A stretch of 64,000 nt of DNA, from positions 14,591 to 78,590 of the forward strand of contig DGSP01000047.1 of the NCBI GenBank assembly GCA_002393555.1, in the 5' to 3' direction. The stretch is from Prevotellaceae bacterium UBA4359. Its GTDB lineage: Bacteria; Bacteroidota; Bacteroidia; Bacteroidales; Bacteroidaceae. The notes under the pieces are model-generated. The model did no database searches, had not been told where the DNA came from, and saw only the letters and a program-made list of their open reading frames with translations. The number at the start of each line of letters is the position of its first letter. Position 1 is the stretch's first letter. The position numbers were made by a program, and so were the translations under genes. This document shows positions 54,079-62,113 of this stretch, piece by piece.

Positions 54079-54567
54079 TTATTGATAGACAAACACTTCG
54101 CTCTTGACAATGATGGCTCCTTGGGCCAATCGTGCGCTCTTCAGTTTGTCAAGATAGTCATTGGCCTCCTTTCGGGTGACGAAGTCGCCCACGCGGCATC
54201 GCCAGTTGGGCGACTCGAACGTGGTATAAATGCGGAGTTCGGGAAAGACGGTGGCCACCCGTGTGCCAGCGCGCTGTGCGTTGGTCTGGTCAGAGCGTGT
54301 GCTGCCTCCCCAATACACCTGGATGCGATAGCCACGTGCCTTGGTCTTCTTGCCTTTCGTTATGCCCGGCAGTTCGCGCCCCCCTTCTTTTTTCTCAGGA
54401 ATGAATTGCTTCTTCCCGTTGACCATATCGTCGATAAGGGAGTCCTGATGTACTGTCACTGTGCCTTGTCCCACAGCCTGGCTGGTGAGATGGTCGGTGA
54501 AGTTTTGTGCAGACATGGTGATGGTACACAAAAGGATTGAGAGTGCAAGTGAAAGAAGTCTTTTCAT
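54079..54567 (-). CDS. SPOR domain-containing protein
   Basis: 162 aa with a signal peptide. C-terminal SPOR-like block GYRIQVYWG...RCRVGDFVTRKEANDYLDKLK. Confidence 0.75.
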   Translation of the reverse strand: MKRLLSLALSILLCTITMSAQNFTDHLTSQAVGQGTVTVHQDSLIDDMVNGKKQFIPEKKEGGRELPGITKGKKTKARGYRIQVYWGGSTRSDQTNAQRAGTRVATVFPELRIYTTFESPNWRCRVGDFVTRKEANDYLDKLKSARLAQGAIIVKSEVFVYQ

Positions 54568-54713
54568 TATTGAGTTGTAGAATTGAGGATTGATTTTTGT
54601 TCTTGATTTGGAAATAGGAAACCGCCCAGTCGGTGCGTCTTTTTGATGCTGTTCTCTTGCTGTCGAAACCTCTTCAGTACCTTCTCGTAGGTACTCCTGT
54701 ACTGCTTAGAAGG

Positions 54714-54745
54714 TACTCCAGTACCTCCGGGGAGGTACTGGAGTA
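54714..54745 (-). terminator. 32-bp perfect palindrome downstream of tpiA
   Basis: TACTCCAGTACCTCC GG GGAGGTACTGGAGTA, 9 nt after the tpiA stop. No U-tract. A second AGTACCT/AGGTACT hairpin lies at 54676-54695. Confidence 0.5.
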
Positions 54746-54754
54746 GAAACACAA

Positions 54755-55513
54755 TTATTTCCAAGCGTCGATGATGCCCTTGAAGTCGGCCACCTTGAGA
54801 GATGCGCCACCGATGAGGCCACCGTCGATGTCGGGCTTTGCGAAGAGTTCAGGAGCGTTGGATGCCTTGCAAGAACCACCGTAGAGGATAGAAGTTTCAG
54901 CAGCCACTTCCTTGCCATACTTCTCAGCGATGACAGAACGGATGTAAGCGTGAATTTCCTCTGCCTGATCTGCAGTAGCAGTCTTACCTGTGCCGATAGC
55001 CCAGATAGGTTCATAAGCAATGACGATGTTCTTGAACTGCTCTGCTGAGAGGTGGAACACGCTGCCTTCGAGTTCAGCCTTCACAACAGCGTTCTGCTCG
55101 TTAGCCTCGCGCTGTGCCAAAGACTCGCCGATGCAGAAGATCACCTTCAAACCGTTAGCGAGAGCCAACTCCACCTTCTCCTTCAGGATTTCGGGAGTCT
55201 CGTTGTAATACTCACGACGCTCAGAGTGACCGAGAATCACGTATTCAGCACCTGTAGATTTCACCATCTCTGCAGAAACCTCACCTGTGTAAGCGCCTGA
55301 AGCCTTGTCTGCACAGTTCTCAGCACCGAGACCGATGATGTTGTGGTCGATGATTTCAGACACCTTGGCCAGGTGGATGAAAGGAGTGCAGATGATGACA
55401 CTGCAGTTGGGCTTATCGGCAGCCAGTGCCTCGTTCAGACCCTTTGCCAGTTCGATACCTTCCTGGAGATTCTTGTTCATCTTCCAGTTTCCAGCAACAA
55501 TTTTCTTTGCCAT
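54755..55513 (-). CDS. tpiA: Triosephosphate isomerase
   Basis: 252 aa. [33 protein letters not shown]. Confidence 0.96.
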   Translation of the reverse strand: MAKKIVAGNWKMNKNLQEGIELAKGLNEALAADKPNCSVIICTPFIHLAKVSEIIDHNIIGLGAENCADKASGAYTGEVSAEMVKSTGAEYVILGHSERREYYNETPEILKEKVELALANGLKVIFCIGESLAQREANEQNAVVKAELEGSVFHLSAEQFKNIVIAYEPIWAIGTGKTATADQAEEIHAYIRSVIAEKYGKEVAAETSILYGGSCKASNAPELFAKPDIDGGLIGGASLKVADFKGIIDAWK

Positions 55514-55597
55514 AGTAATGTTTGTTTTTTAATGAGTTAAACCTTTATATTAATGTAGATACATCTTTTCCATTCCAAAGTGTTCTCTCCCACAATG

Positions 55598-56737
55598 TCA
55601 AGAGTGGTAGGCGATGAGTTTTACGAACTCTTCCGTGTCAGGCAGGTTGTAGTTGCTCCATTTTTTGATGATGACACCATTCTTTAGCAGCGCCAAACCC
55701 GGATTTCCCCTCACGACAGTCTTGAGCAGGCGTTCTTCTGCTATGCAGTACCCGTACTCTGCTCCCGTATGCTCGCTCCAGTAGGTTTGCGACTGCGGGT
55801 CGGCCGATGCCGTAAGGCAGTAGAAACTGAAGCCCATATCCTGCGCATATTCGTATATTTCGTTCACTTTGTCAACGCATCCTTCGTCGGCATTCGTCAA
55901 GTCCGGGATGATGAGTAAAAAGGTGAATCCTTCGTCCAGAAGAATATCCTCTGTGATGTCCTCATCGTCAGTGTTGGTCACATAGAAGTCTGCCGTGGCA
56001 AGATTGGTTTCCGCTATCGGGATTCTACGTGTTTCCACATACGTCCACGTGGAGTCCGGGTCATCGTCCTCTGCAGTCAGTTCCAGTGTCTTCCCGTCTT
56101 TCTCATAGATGATGGCCACGTCAAACTTCTGTTGCGTGGCTGTCACGGCCTCCCTGAGATTCGTGCCGACCTTGTAGGGACGGAAGTCGAACACCGGCAG
56201 GCAGATGATGCAGTAGATGGCGTAGCCGATGATGGCACAGAGCGCAATCAGGGCTATCAGCCACTTGATGCTGGAAGGCAGCAAGTCATCCAGCCGGCGG
56301 TGGTGGCGGCACACGAAGATGGCAGCCGCCAGCAGCACGATGTTTTTGGCCAGCGTGGCCTCGTTGCTCAGTATCAGCACATCGCCAAAGCATCCGCAAT
56401 CGGACACAGGGTCGGCTACCACTATGTAAATCGTCAATATCGTCATCACGGTCATGAAAGCCACAGTGAGGATAGACGTTATTTTTTTCTTCATCCCGAA
56501 GAGAAGGTAGATGCCCAGCGTGAACTCGACGAAGGCAAGAATCACAGCACATCCCAGCAGGAAGGTGTCAGGCAGGGTGAACCGCACCATCGCATGCAGG
56601 TAGTCCTCCAGTTTGTAGGCGGTGCCGAGCGGGTCGTTGGCCTTGACAAAACCGCTGAAGATGAATGTGGCGGCCAGTAGGAGTCGGCATACATTCACAG
56701 CGATGGTGAATGTCAGCAACTTAGCCTTCTTTGCCAT
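55598..56737 (-). CDS. DoxX-like membrane protein with C-terminal thioredoxin-fold-like domain
   Basis: Start at ATG 56737 (MAKKAKLLTF); an alternative start is at 56767. It has four to five TM helices (RLLLAATFIFSGFVKANDP) and a soluble C-terminal half (FTFLLIIPDL...FYCLTAS). Confidence 0.7.
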   Translation of the reverse strand: MAKKAKLLTFTIAVNVCRLLLAATFIFSGFVKANDPLGTAYKLEDYLHAMVRFTLPDTFLLGCAVILAFVEFTLGIYLLFGMKKKITSILTVAFMTVMTILTIYIVVADPVSDCGCFGDVLILSNEATLAKNIVLLAAAIFVCRHHRRLDDLLPSSIKWLIALIALCAIIGYAIYCIICLPVFDFRPYKVGTNLREAVTATQQKFDVAIIYEKDGKTLELTAEDDDPDSTWTYVETRRIPIAETNLATADFYVTNTDDEDITEDILLDEGFTFLLIIPDLTNADEGCVDKVNEIYEYAQDMGFSFYCLTASADPQSQTYWSEHTGAEYGYCIAEERLLKTVVRGNPGLALLKNGVIIKKWSNYNLPDTEEFVKLIAYHS

Positions 56738-57275
56738 CTTGCGCTTCAGACAGTTTGATGAGTCCAAATATGGAGTAGTTTATCATGTCGAGGTAGTTTG
56801 CATCAACACCTTCCGAGACGAGTGTCTGACCATCGTGGCCCTCAATCTGCTTAGTCCTATTCAACTTCATGAGGATGAGGTCGGTATAACTGCTCACTCG
56901 CATGCTGCGCCATGCCTCATCGTAGTCGTGATTCTTGCGGAGCATCAGTTCGAGCGCACTTTTGGCATACTTGTCATAGTACTCCATAGCCTTGTCGGCA
57001 TCCATGTCTTCGGTCTCGGCATATCCCAATTCGAGTTGGATGAGTCCCACGATGCCATAGTTCACAATGGCCTGAAACTCAGGATAGATTCCTTCGCCAA
57101 CCAACGACACACCTTTCACCTCAAGGCTGCGGATACGGTTGGCCTTGATGTAGATTTGGTCAGTCACGGACGAGGGCCTCATGATGCGCCATGCGGCTCC
57201 GTAGTCCTGCAACTTTTTGCTGAAGATGTCGCGGCACCCGGCCATGGCCTGCTTGAATTGTTGCTGAGTATCCAT
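56721..57275 (-). CDS. DUF1599-family protein
   Basis: Start at ATG 57275 (MDTQQQFKQ). Internal duplication typical of DUF1599: DIFSKKLQDYGAAWRIMRPSSVTDQIYIKANRIRSL and LMLRKNHDYDEAWRSMRVSSYTDLILMKLNRTKQI. Confidence 0.75.
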   Translation of the reverse strand: MDTQQQFKQAMAGCRDIFSKKLQDYGAAWRIMRPSSVTDQIYIKANRIRSLEVKGVSLVGEGIYPEFQAIVNYGIVGLIQLELGYAETEDMDADKAMEYYDKYAKSALELMLRKNHDYDEAWRSMRVSSYTDLILMKLNRTKQIEGHDGQTLVSEGVDANYLDMINYSIFGLIKLSEAQDGKEG

Positions 57276-57295
57276 ATTTCTCTCTAAATGATGTG

Positions 57296-57327
57296 CAAAG
57301 GTACGACTATGTGAGAGAAAAAACAAA
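57296..57327 (-). promoter_or_regulatory. Bacteroidota-type promoter for DUF1599/DoxX-like/tpiA
   Basis: Minus strand: -33 TTTG (57327-57324), 20-nt spacer, -7 box TACCTTTG (57303-57296). It lies 20 nt upstream of the ATG. Confidence 0.55.
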
Positions 57328-57398
57328 TTTCTTCCCCCATTTCTAACTTTTAAGTCCGTTCGGACGGGCAAAGATGGAACTCTTTAAGTCATTGCGAC

Positions 57399-57432
57399 AA
57401 AAAAGCACCGGGCAATTTGTCTTGCTCGGTGC
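57399..57432 (-). terminator. Intrinsic terminator after the M23 peptidase gene
   Basis: Minus strand: GCACCGAG ... CCCGGTGC stem (7 of 8 bp), 12-nt loop, then T6. Confidence 0.65.
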
Positions 57433-57456
57433 ATGTGAAAGTGGATATAGTTGGTG

Positions 57457-58422
57457 TTAAGAACACCTGATTACTTGTCCTGTCTTTAGGATGGTGTTGG
57501 CCTTCAGACCGTTCAGTTGGCGCAACTTCTCAACGGTTGTCCCGTGCTTCTGGGCGATGGAGAAGAGAGTGTCGCCTGTTTTCACGGAGTAAGAAACGGG
57601 CTTGTCGTCCTCTTCTGCTTTGGCCTGTGGCTTGGAGATAGTGGGTTGCTTGGGACCTACGCTGGTGGTGTGGGTCGATGCTGATACCATTGGGGCCTCT
57701 GTGCGAGTTGTGTTGCGAGTGGCTGCGGCGATATTACCCTTCGAGAAACCGTTTTGCAGCACGAAGAAGTCACCCGTAACGTCTTGGTTCACAAAGTCGA
57801 ACATCAAGGCTGGATTGATAGGTTGGCCGAGCACACGGGTCTCGAAGTGAAGATGAGAACCAGATGACTTGCCCGTGTTGCCGCCCAAACCAATGGGTTC
57901 GCCGGCGCGAACGATTTGGTCTTTCTTCACAATCTGCTTGCTCAAGTGGCCGTAGAGAGTCTCCAGACCGTTGGGGTGGCGAATGACGATGTAGTAGCCA
58001 TAGCCGCCGCCGTTGTACTTGCAGATGCGCACCTTGCCATCGAAAGCAGCGCGGATGGTGTCGCCGATATAGACCTTGATGTCAATACCTTCGTGTTGGC
58101 GTCCCCAGCGAGGACCGAAATGAGAGTTGATTTTGCGGCTTGGGGTGGGCATGTGGAAACCGCGCAAGTCGATTTTATAGTTGGAAGGCACTGTGCCTGT
58201 GCAACTTCTGAGGTTGTCAGTCCAGTCCATGTAGATGTTGTCGGCTGGATTGTTCAGGTCGGCAGAGAGTCTTGCCGTGTTGTTGAGTTTTACGTTGTGG
58301 ATGTCTTTGAGTCTTTTGTCGGAAGGAGCCTGTCTTGCGATGATGTCTTGAGCAAAAGTGCTGACAGACAAGAGCGAGAGTGCTGCAATGCCGATGGTTT
58401 TCTTAATGGTTGAATAGTTCAC
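57457..58422 (-). CDS. M23 family metallopeptidase with C-terminal LysM domain
   Basis: 321 aa with an apparent GTG start. HEGIDI, GNTGKSSGSHLHFE. LysM: YSVKTGDTLFSIAQKHGTTVEKLRQLNGL. Confidence 0.9.
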   Translation of the reverse strand: MNYSTIKKTIGIAALSLLSVSTFAQDIIARQAPSDKRLKDIHNVKLNNTARLSADLNNPADNIYMDWTDNLRSCTGTVPSNYKIDLRGFHMPTPSRKINSHFGPRWGRQHEGIDIKVYIGDTIRAAFDGKVRICKYNGGGYGYYIVIRHPNGLETLYGHLSKQIVKKDQIVRAGEPIGLGGNTGKSSGSHLHFETRVLGQPINPALMFDFVNQDVTGDFFVLQNGFSKGNIAAATRNTTRTEAPMVSASTHTTSVGPKQPTISKPQAKAEEDDKPVSYSVKTGDTLFSIAQKHGTTVEKLRQLNGLKANTILKTGQVIRCS

Positions 58423-58473
58423 GGTGTCTGGTTTTTAGGGTTGAAATGTAAGGTAATAGTAATTCTCGGAGTT

Positions 58474-58935
58474 TTAGTACTCGTCGTTGGCATACAAGTA
58501 CTGGAACACGCCAGGGGTGTAATCGAAGATTTCCTCTGGCTTGAAGAAGCGGTTCAGTTCAATCACCGCATTCTCGGGCGAGTCGGATGTGTGGATGATA
58601 TTCTCTTGGAAACTCATACCGAAGTCGCCACGGATAGTGCCAGGGGCGGCTTTGCGTGAGTTCGTGCTGCCTGTCATCGAACGCACCGTTTCCACGGCGT
58701 CAACACCTTCGTAGCAGCAACAAACAACGGGGGATGCCATCATGGAGTTCTTGATGCGCTGGAAGAAAGGTTTCCCTGCAAGATGGGCGTAATGCTCGTT
58801 CAGCAGTTCATCTGTCAGTTGCATCATCTTCATGCCTGCCAAACGCAGACCTTTGCGCTCAAAGCGGGCTGTTACTTCTCCTACGAGTGCGCGCTGTACT
58901 GCACCTGGCTTTAAGATTACAAGAGTTTTCTCCAT
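58474..58935 (-). CDS. ndk: Nucleoside diphosphate kinase
   Basis: Start at ATG 58935 (MEKTLVILKPGAVQR). Active-site region NIIHTSDS. Confidence 0.93.
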   Translation of the reverse strand: MEKTLVILKPGAVQRALVGEVTARFERKGLRLAGMKMMQLTDELLNEHYAHLAGKPFFQRIKNSMMASPVVCCCYEGVDAVETVRSMTGSTNSRKAAPGTIRGDFGMSFQENIIHTSDSPENAVIELNRFFKPEEIFDYTPGVFQYLYANDEY

Positions 58936-59091
58936 TGTTCTATTTTTCCGATTGTCTCTTTTGTTCGCTATGATTTTATAGGACAGATTCCTCGAAAAAC
59001 GTCTCCGAGGAACTTCTATGCCCAATTTGGGGACAAAGGTAGTAAATAAAGTTGAGACTCACAAGGATGTGGAGAAGTTTTTTTACTTTTT

Positions 59092-59283
59092 TCACAAATC
59101 GAGGCATTTCTTCACCTCTGCCTCCACGGTTGTCAGTTTCGCTTTGCAAAACTCCACCAGACCTTTAGCCTCCTTCAGATTGGCGGCCAGCGAGTCGATG
59201 TCCATCTCGCCGCGCTCTATTTTCTTTACTATTTCTTCGAGGCGTGACATGGCCTCTTCATAGGTTATTTTTTTCTTTTCCAT
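59092..59283 (-). CDS. xseB: Exodeoxyribonuclease VII small subunit
   Basis: 63 aa. YEEAMSRLEEIVKKIERGEMDIDS. Overlaps the xseA 3' end by 19 nt. Confidence 0.88.
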   Translation of the reverse strand: MEKKKITYEEAMSRLEEIVKKIERGEMDIDSLAANLKEAKGLVEFCKAKLTTVEAEVKKCLDL

Positions 59284-60572
59284 GTGATGGTTGATTTGAG
59301 TGTTCCCGATGCTAAAGTGGTCTCCAGTTCGTCACCTTCCTTCACCTCGTCAGTGCTTCTGATGGCTTTGCCGCCCAATCGGGTGATGCTGAATCCGAGT
59401 TGCAAGATTCGGTCGGGGTGTGCGCTGTGCAGTTGGCTCTTTATCAATTCTATACGCTTTCGTTCGTGTTCCAGCATGGCAGGCGTAAAGAGGAGTAATT
59501 GCTTGTGCAGCAGTTCCACCATTCCTTTGCTCTGTTCCAACCGTCGGATGCTGTTTTGTGCCAAGGCTGCAGTAAACGTGTGAAGCCGCATTTCTTCTCT
59601 TGCCCTGACGGCGGAGAAGAGGTTGGGCAGTTTGCTCGTGAGCAGTTTCAGCCTGAACGTTTCGTTGGCCAGCATCTGACTGGTTCTCTCGTTCAGTCGC
59701 ATCGCCAGGTCTTCCAGCGTGTCCAGTTCCTCTTCTTGATGATGAATGAGAAATTCTGCCGCTGCAGTAGGGGTTTTCACACGAGTGTGTGCTATCAGGT
59801 CAATCACGGTGTCGTCCCTTTCGTGGCCAATGCCTGTGATGATGGGCAGGGGAAACTGTGCCACATTCTCGGCCAGCAGCAGCGAGTCGAAGCCTTGCAG
59901 GTCGGACGTGGCTCCACCGCCTCGGATGATGACCACCGCATCCCACTCTTCCGTGTGTGCCGCAATGTTGTTCAGCGCAGCAATCACACTACGTTCCACC
60001 TCGCTTCCCTGCATGATGGCTTGGAAGAGTTCTGTCTTGAAAGCCAAGCCTTTCTTGTTGTTTCTGAGTTGGTTGCAGAAATCTCCATAGCCTGCAGCCG
60101 ATGCCGAGGAGATGACCGCGATGCGTTGCATCAGACGGGGCAGGGGCAAATCCTTGTTCATGGTGAGGATGCCCTCTTCTTCCAGTTGATGCAGAATTTC
60201 CATACGCCTTCGGGCCATGTCACCCAGCGTGTAGGTAGGGTCTATGTCGATGATGTTGAGCGAATAGCCGTACAGTTCGTGAAAGGTCACCTCCACTTGC
60301 ACCAACACCAGCATGCCGGCTGCAAGCCGTTGGCCCGTCATGTTTTCAAACATTGGCCGGAGGAAAGCCCAGCGGTTGGCCCACACCTGCGCACGGGCTT
60401 TGGCCAAGATGCCGTTGCCGCGTGGCTCTTTCTGCACCAGTTCCATGTAGCAATGGCGGTTCACACGCAGTTCGCTCACCTCGGCCTGCACCCAGTAGGC
60501 ATCGCCCAAGGTCAGTTCCAGCGTTTGTCTCACCAGCCCATTTAGTTCATATAGTGTCAGTGTCTCTTTCAC
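59265..60572 (-). CDS. xseA: Exodeoxyribonuclease VII large subunit
   Basis: 435 aa with an apparent GTG start. OB-fold N-terminus (YWVQAEVSELRVNRHCYMELVQKE), IIRGGGATSDL. Confidence 0.92.
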   Translation of the reverse strand: MKETLTLYELNGLVRQTLELTLGDAYWVQAEVSELRVNRHCYMELVQKEPRGNGILAKARAQVWANRWAFLRPMFENMTGQRLAAGMLVLVQVEVTFHELYGYSLNIIDIDPTYTLGDMARRRMEILHQLEEEGILTMNKDLPLPRLMQRIAVISSASAAGYGDFCNQLRNNKKGLAFKTELFQAIMQGSEVERSVIAALNNIAAHTEEWDAVVIIRGGGATSDLQGFDSLLLAENVAQFPLPIITGIGHERDDTVIDLIAHTRVKTPTAAAEFLIHHQEEELDTLEDLAMRLNERTSQMLANETFRLKLLTSKLPNLFSAVRAREEMRLHTFTAALAQNSIRRLEQSKGMVELLHKQLLLFTPAMLEHERKRIELIKSQLHSAHPDRILQLGFSITRLGGKAIRSTDEVKEGDELETTLASGTLKSTITWKRKK

Positions 60573-60619
60573 TTCTTTGTCAACATTTTATCTCTCTTTC
60601 TGCCTCTTTTTCACCATTC

Positions 60620-61309
60620 TCAAATCTGCGGCCTCTTCCCATTCAGGGCATGCAGAAACGTGTCGTAGTTTCGGTCGATGTGGCTCAATTCGTATGGCTC
60701 AATCGTCAGCGAGAACTGTCCCGGCAGGTCGTCCAGCCCGAAGTATGCTTTGATGAGGCATGCGGCGTTGAAAGCGCGGTCGTTTCTGCGCCTCATCAGC
60801 ACCATGCAGCATTTCCTCGCCACAATCTTGTCGTCAGCCATTTTGAGTGTCTTGAAAATGAGAAAGTAGGAGAGGGGAGTGTCGTCTTTCAGCAAGACGG
60901 ACAGCCGTGTCACCTCCTGCTCGATGTGCAGTGCCTCAAACATGCCCGTCACCTGCTTTTCCGTCCTCAGCAGCGGCATCATCATGTTGCACAACTTCAC
61001 CAACGACTCGCGGTGAGTCTCCTTCAGGTGGTCGTAGAGTCGCCTTACCGCTTCCACCCCGAAGTCCAGTGTGCCGCCTTCGGCCAGATGTCCCACAGCC
61101 ATCACTCCGCTCAGGAAGGCCGCCCTCTTATATATAATAATGTGTAGGAGCGTTTCCCAAAACAGTTCGTTCGGCAGTTCCGTCAGCACTTCTTCTCGCA
61201 TCACACGCTCCATTCGCCTGAACTCCATGTTGCTCAGGCTCTCCATCAGTTGCGCCAACTCGTTCCATTTGCGCTCCTTCACTAACCGATATGCCCGTTC
61301 TTTCAGCAT
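60620..61309 (-). CDS. Hypothetical protein (helical, no recognised motif)
   Basis: 229-aa ORF tightly packed between ruvA and xseA on the same strand. Its composition looks coding-like, but I recognise no family. Confidence 0.6.
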   Translation of the reverse strand: MLKERAYRLVKERKWNELAQLMESLSNMEFRRMERVMREEVLTELPNELFWETLLHIIIYKRAAFLSGVMAVGHLAEGGTLDFGVEAVRRLYDHLKETHRESLVKLCNMMMPLLRTEKQVTGMFEALHIEQEVTRLSVLLKDDTPLSYFLIFKTLKMADDKIVARKCCMVLMRRRNDRAFNAACLIKAYFGLDDLPGQFSLTIEPYELSHIDRNYDTFLHALNGKRPQI

Positions 61310-61336
61310 GCTTTTTCTGTTGGCTGCATTGGGGAA

Positions 61337-61942
61337 CTACAACATCTTGAGGGCGAGTTTGATGACTTTCTCCACGGGCGCAGAAGGCTCGTCCTTGAGG
61401 ATGGCTTTGACAGTCTTGGCCACAGGTGCGGGCGAGAAGCCAAGCATCTTGAGGGCCTCGCAGGCCTCATTGTAGATTTCGCTGTTGATGGCTGTAGAGG
61501 ACGCGCCTTTTTCGCCCGAAGGTAAGGTGGCCTCCATGCCGAGCGAAGCCACCTTGTCGCGCAGTTCCACGATGATGCGTTGGGCAGTCTTGGCACCCAG
61601 CCCCTTCACGGTCTTGAGCATGCGTTCATTGCCGTCCATGATGAGAGTGGCCAGTTCGGGGGCGGAAAAACTGCTCAGCATGGTGCGGGCCGTGTTGCCG
61701 CCCACGCCGCTCACGCTGATGAGCAGCAGGAAGAGTTCGCGCTCCTGCTTGGTGGCAAAGCCGAAGAGGGTCCAGGTGTCTTCGCGGATAGACTCATAGA
61801 CAAAGAGCCGTGCCTCGCTCTTGCCTTGCAGGGCGGTGTAGGAGTTGAGGCTGATGTTCAGGAGGTAGCCCACGCCGTGTGCTTCGATGGTGGCTTGGGT
61901 GGGAGTAAGTTCGTCGAGGATGCCTCGGATGTATTCAATCAT
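61337..61942 (-). CDS. ruvA: Holliday junction branch migration complex subunit RuvA
   Basis: 201 aa. MIEYIRGIL...HGVGYLLNISLNSY, HhH motifs LISVSGVGGNTA and VKGLGAKTAQRIIVEL. Confidence 0.94.
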   Translation of the reverse strand: MIEYIRGILDELTPTQATIEAHGVGYLLNISLNSYTALQGKSEARLFVYESIREDTWTLFGFATKQERELFLLLISVSGVGGNTARTMLSSFSAPELATLIMDGNERMLKTVKGLGAKTAQRIIVELRDKVASLGMEATLPSGEKGASSTAINSEIYNEACEALKMLGFSPAPVAKTVKAILKDEPSAPVEKVIKLALKML

Positions 61943-61964
61943 GATGTTCGTTTGCTTTTGTGGG

Positions 61965-61972
61965 CAAAGATA
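61965..61972 (-). promoter_or_regulatory. Candidate -7 box for ruvA
   Basis: The minus strand reads TATCTTTG (TAnnTTTG), 22 nt upstream of the ruvA ATG. No clear -33 element. Confidence 0.35.
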
Positions 61973-62002
61973 CGAATTTTAAGTGAAAAGTGAAGAGAGG
62001 AT

Positions 62003-62113
62003 AAGTGAAAAGTGAAAAGTGAAGAGTGAAAAATCTAAGTTACCTTGGCAAAAAGGAGCATCCCGCATGGTGGAAACTTGGATTTTTCACTCTTCACTTT
62101 TCATTTTTCACTT
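62003..62113 (-). terminator. Very long hairpin built from GTGAAAA/GTGAAGA heptamer repeats, downstream of pepP
   Basis: AAGTGAAAAGTGAAAAGTGAAGAGTGAAAAATC (62003-62036) pairs with GATTTTTCACTCTTCACTTTTCATTTTTCACTT (62081-62113). About 32 bp pair with one bulge, and the loop is 44 nt. The right arm abuts the pepP stop codon. Confidence 0.55.
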
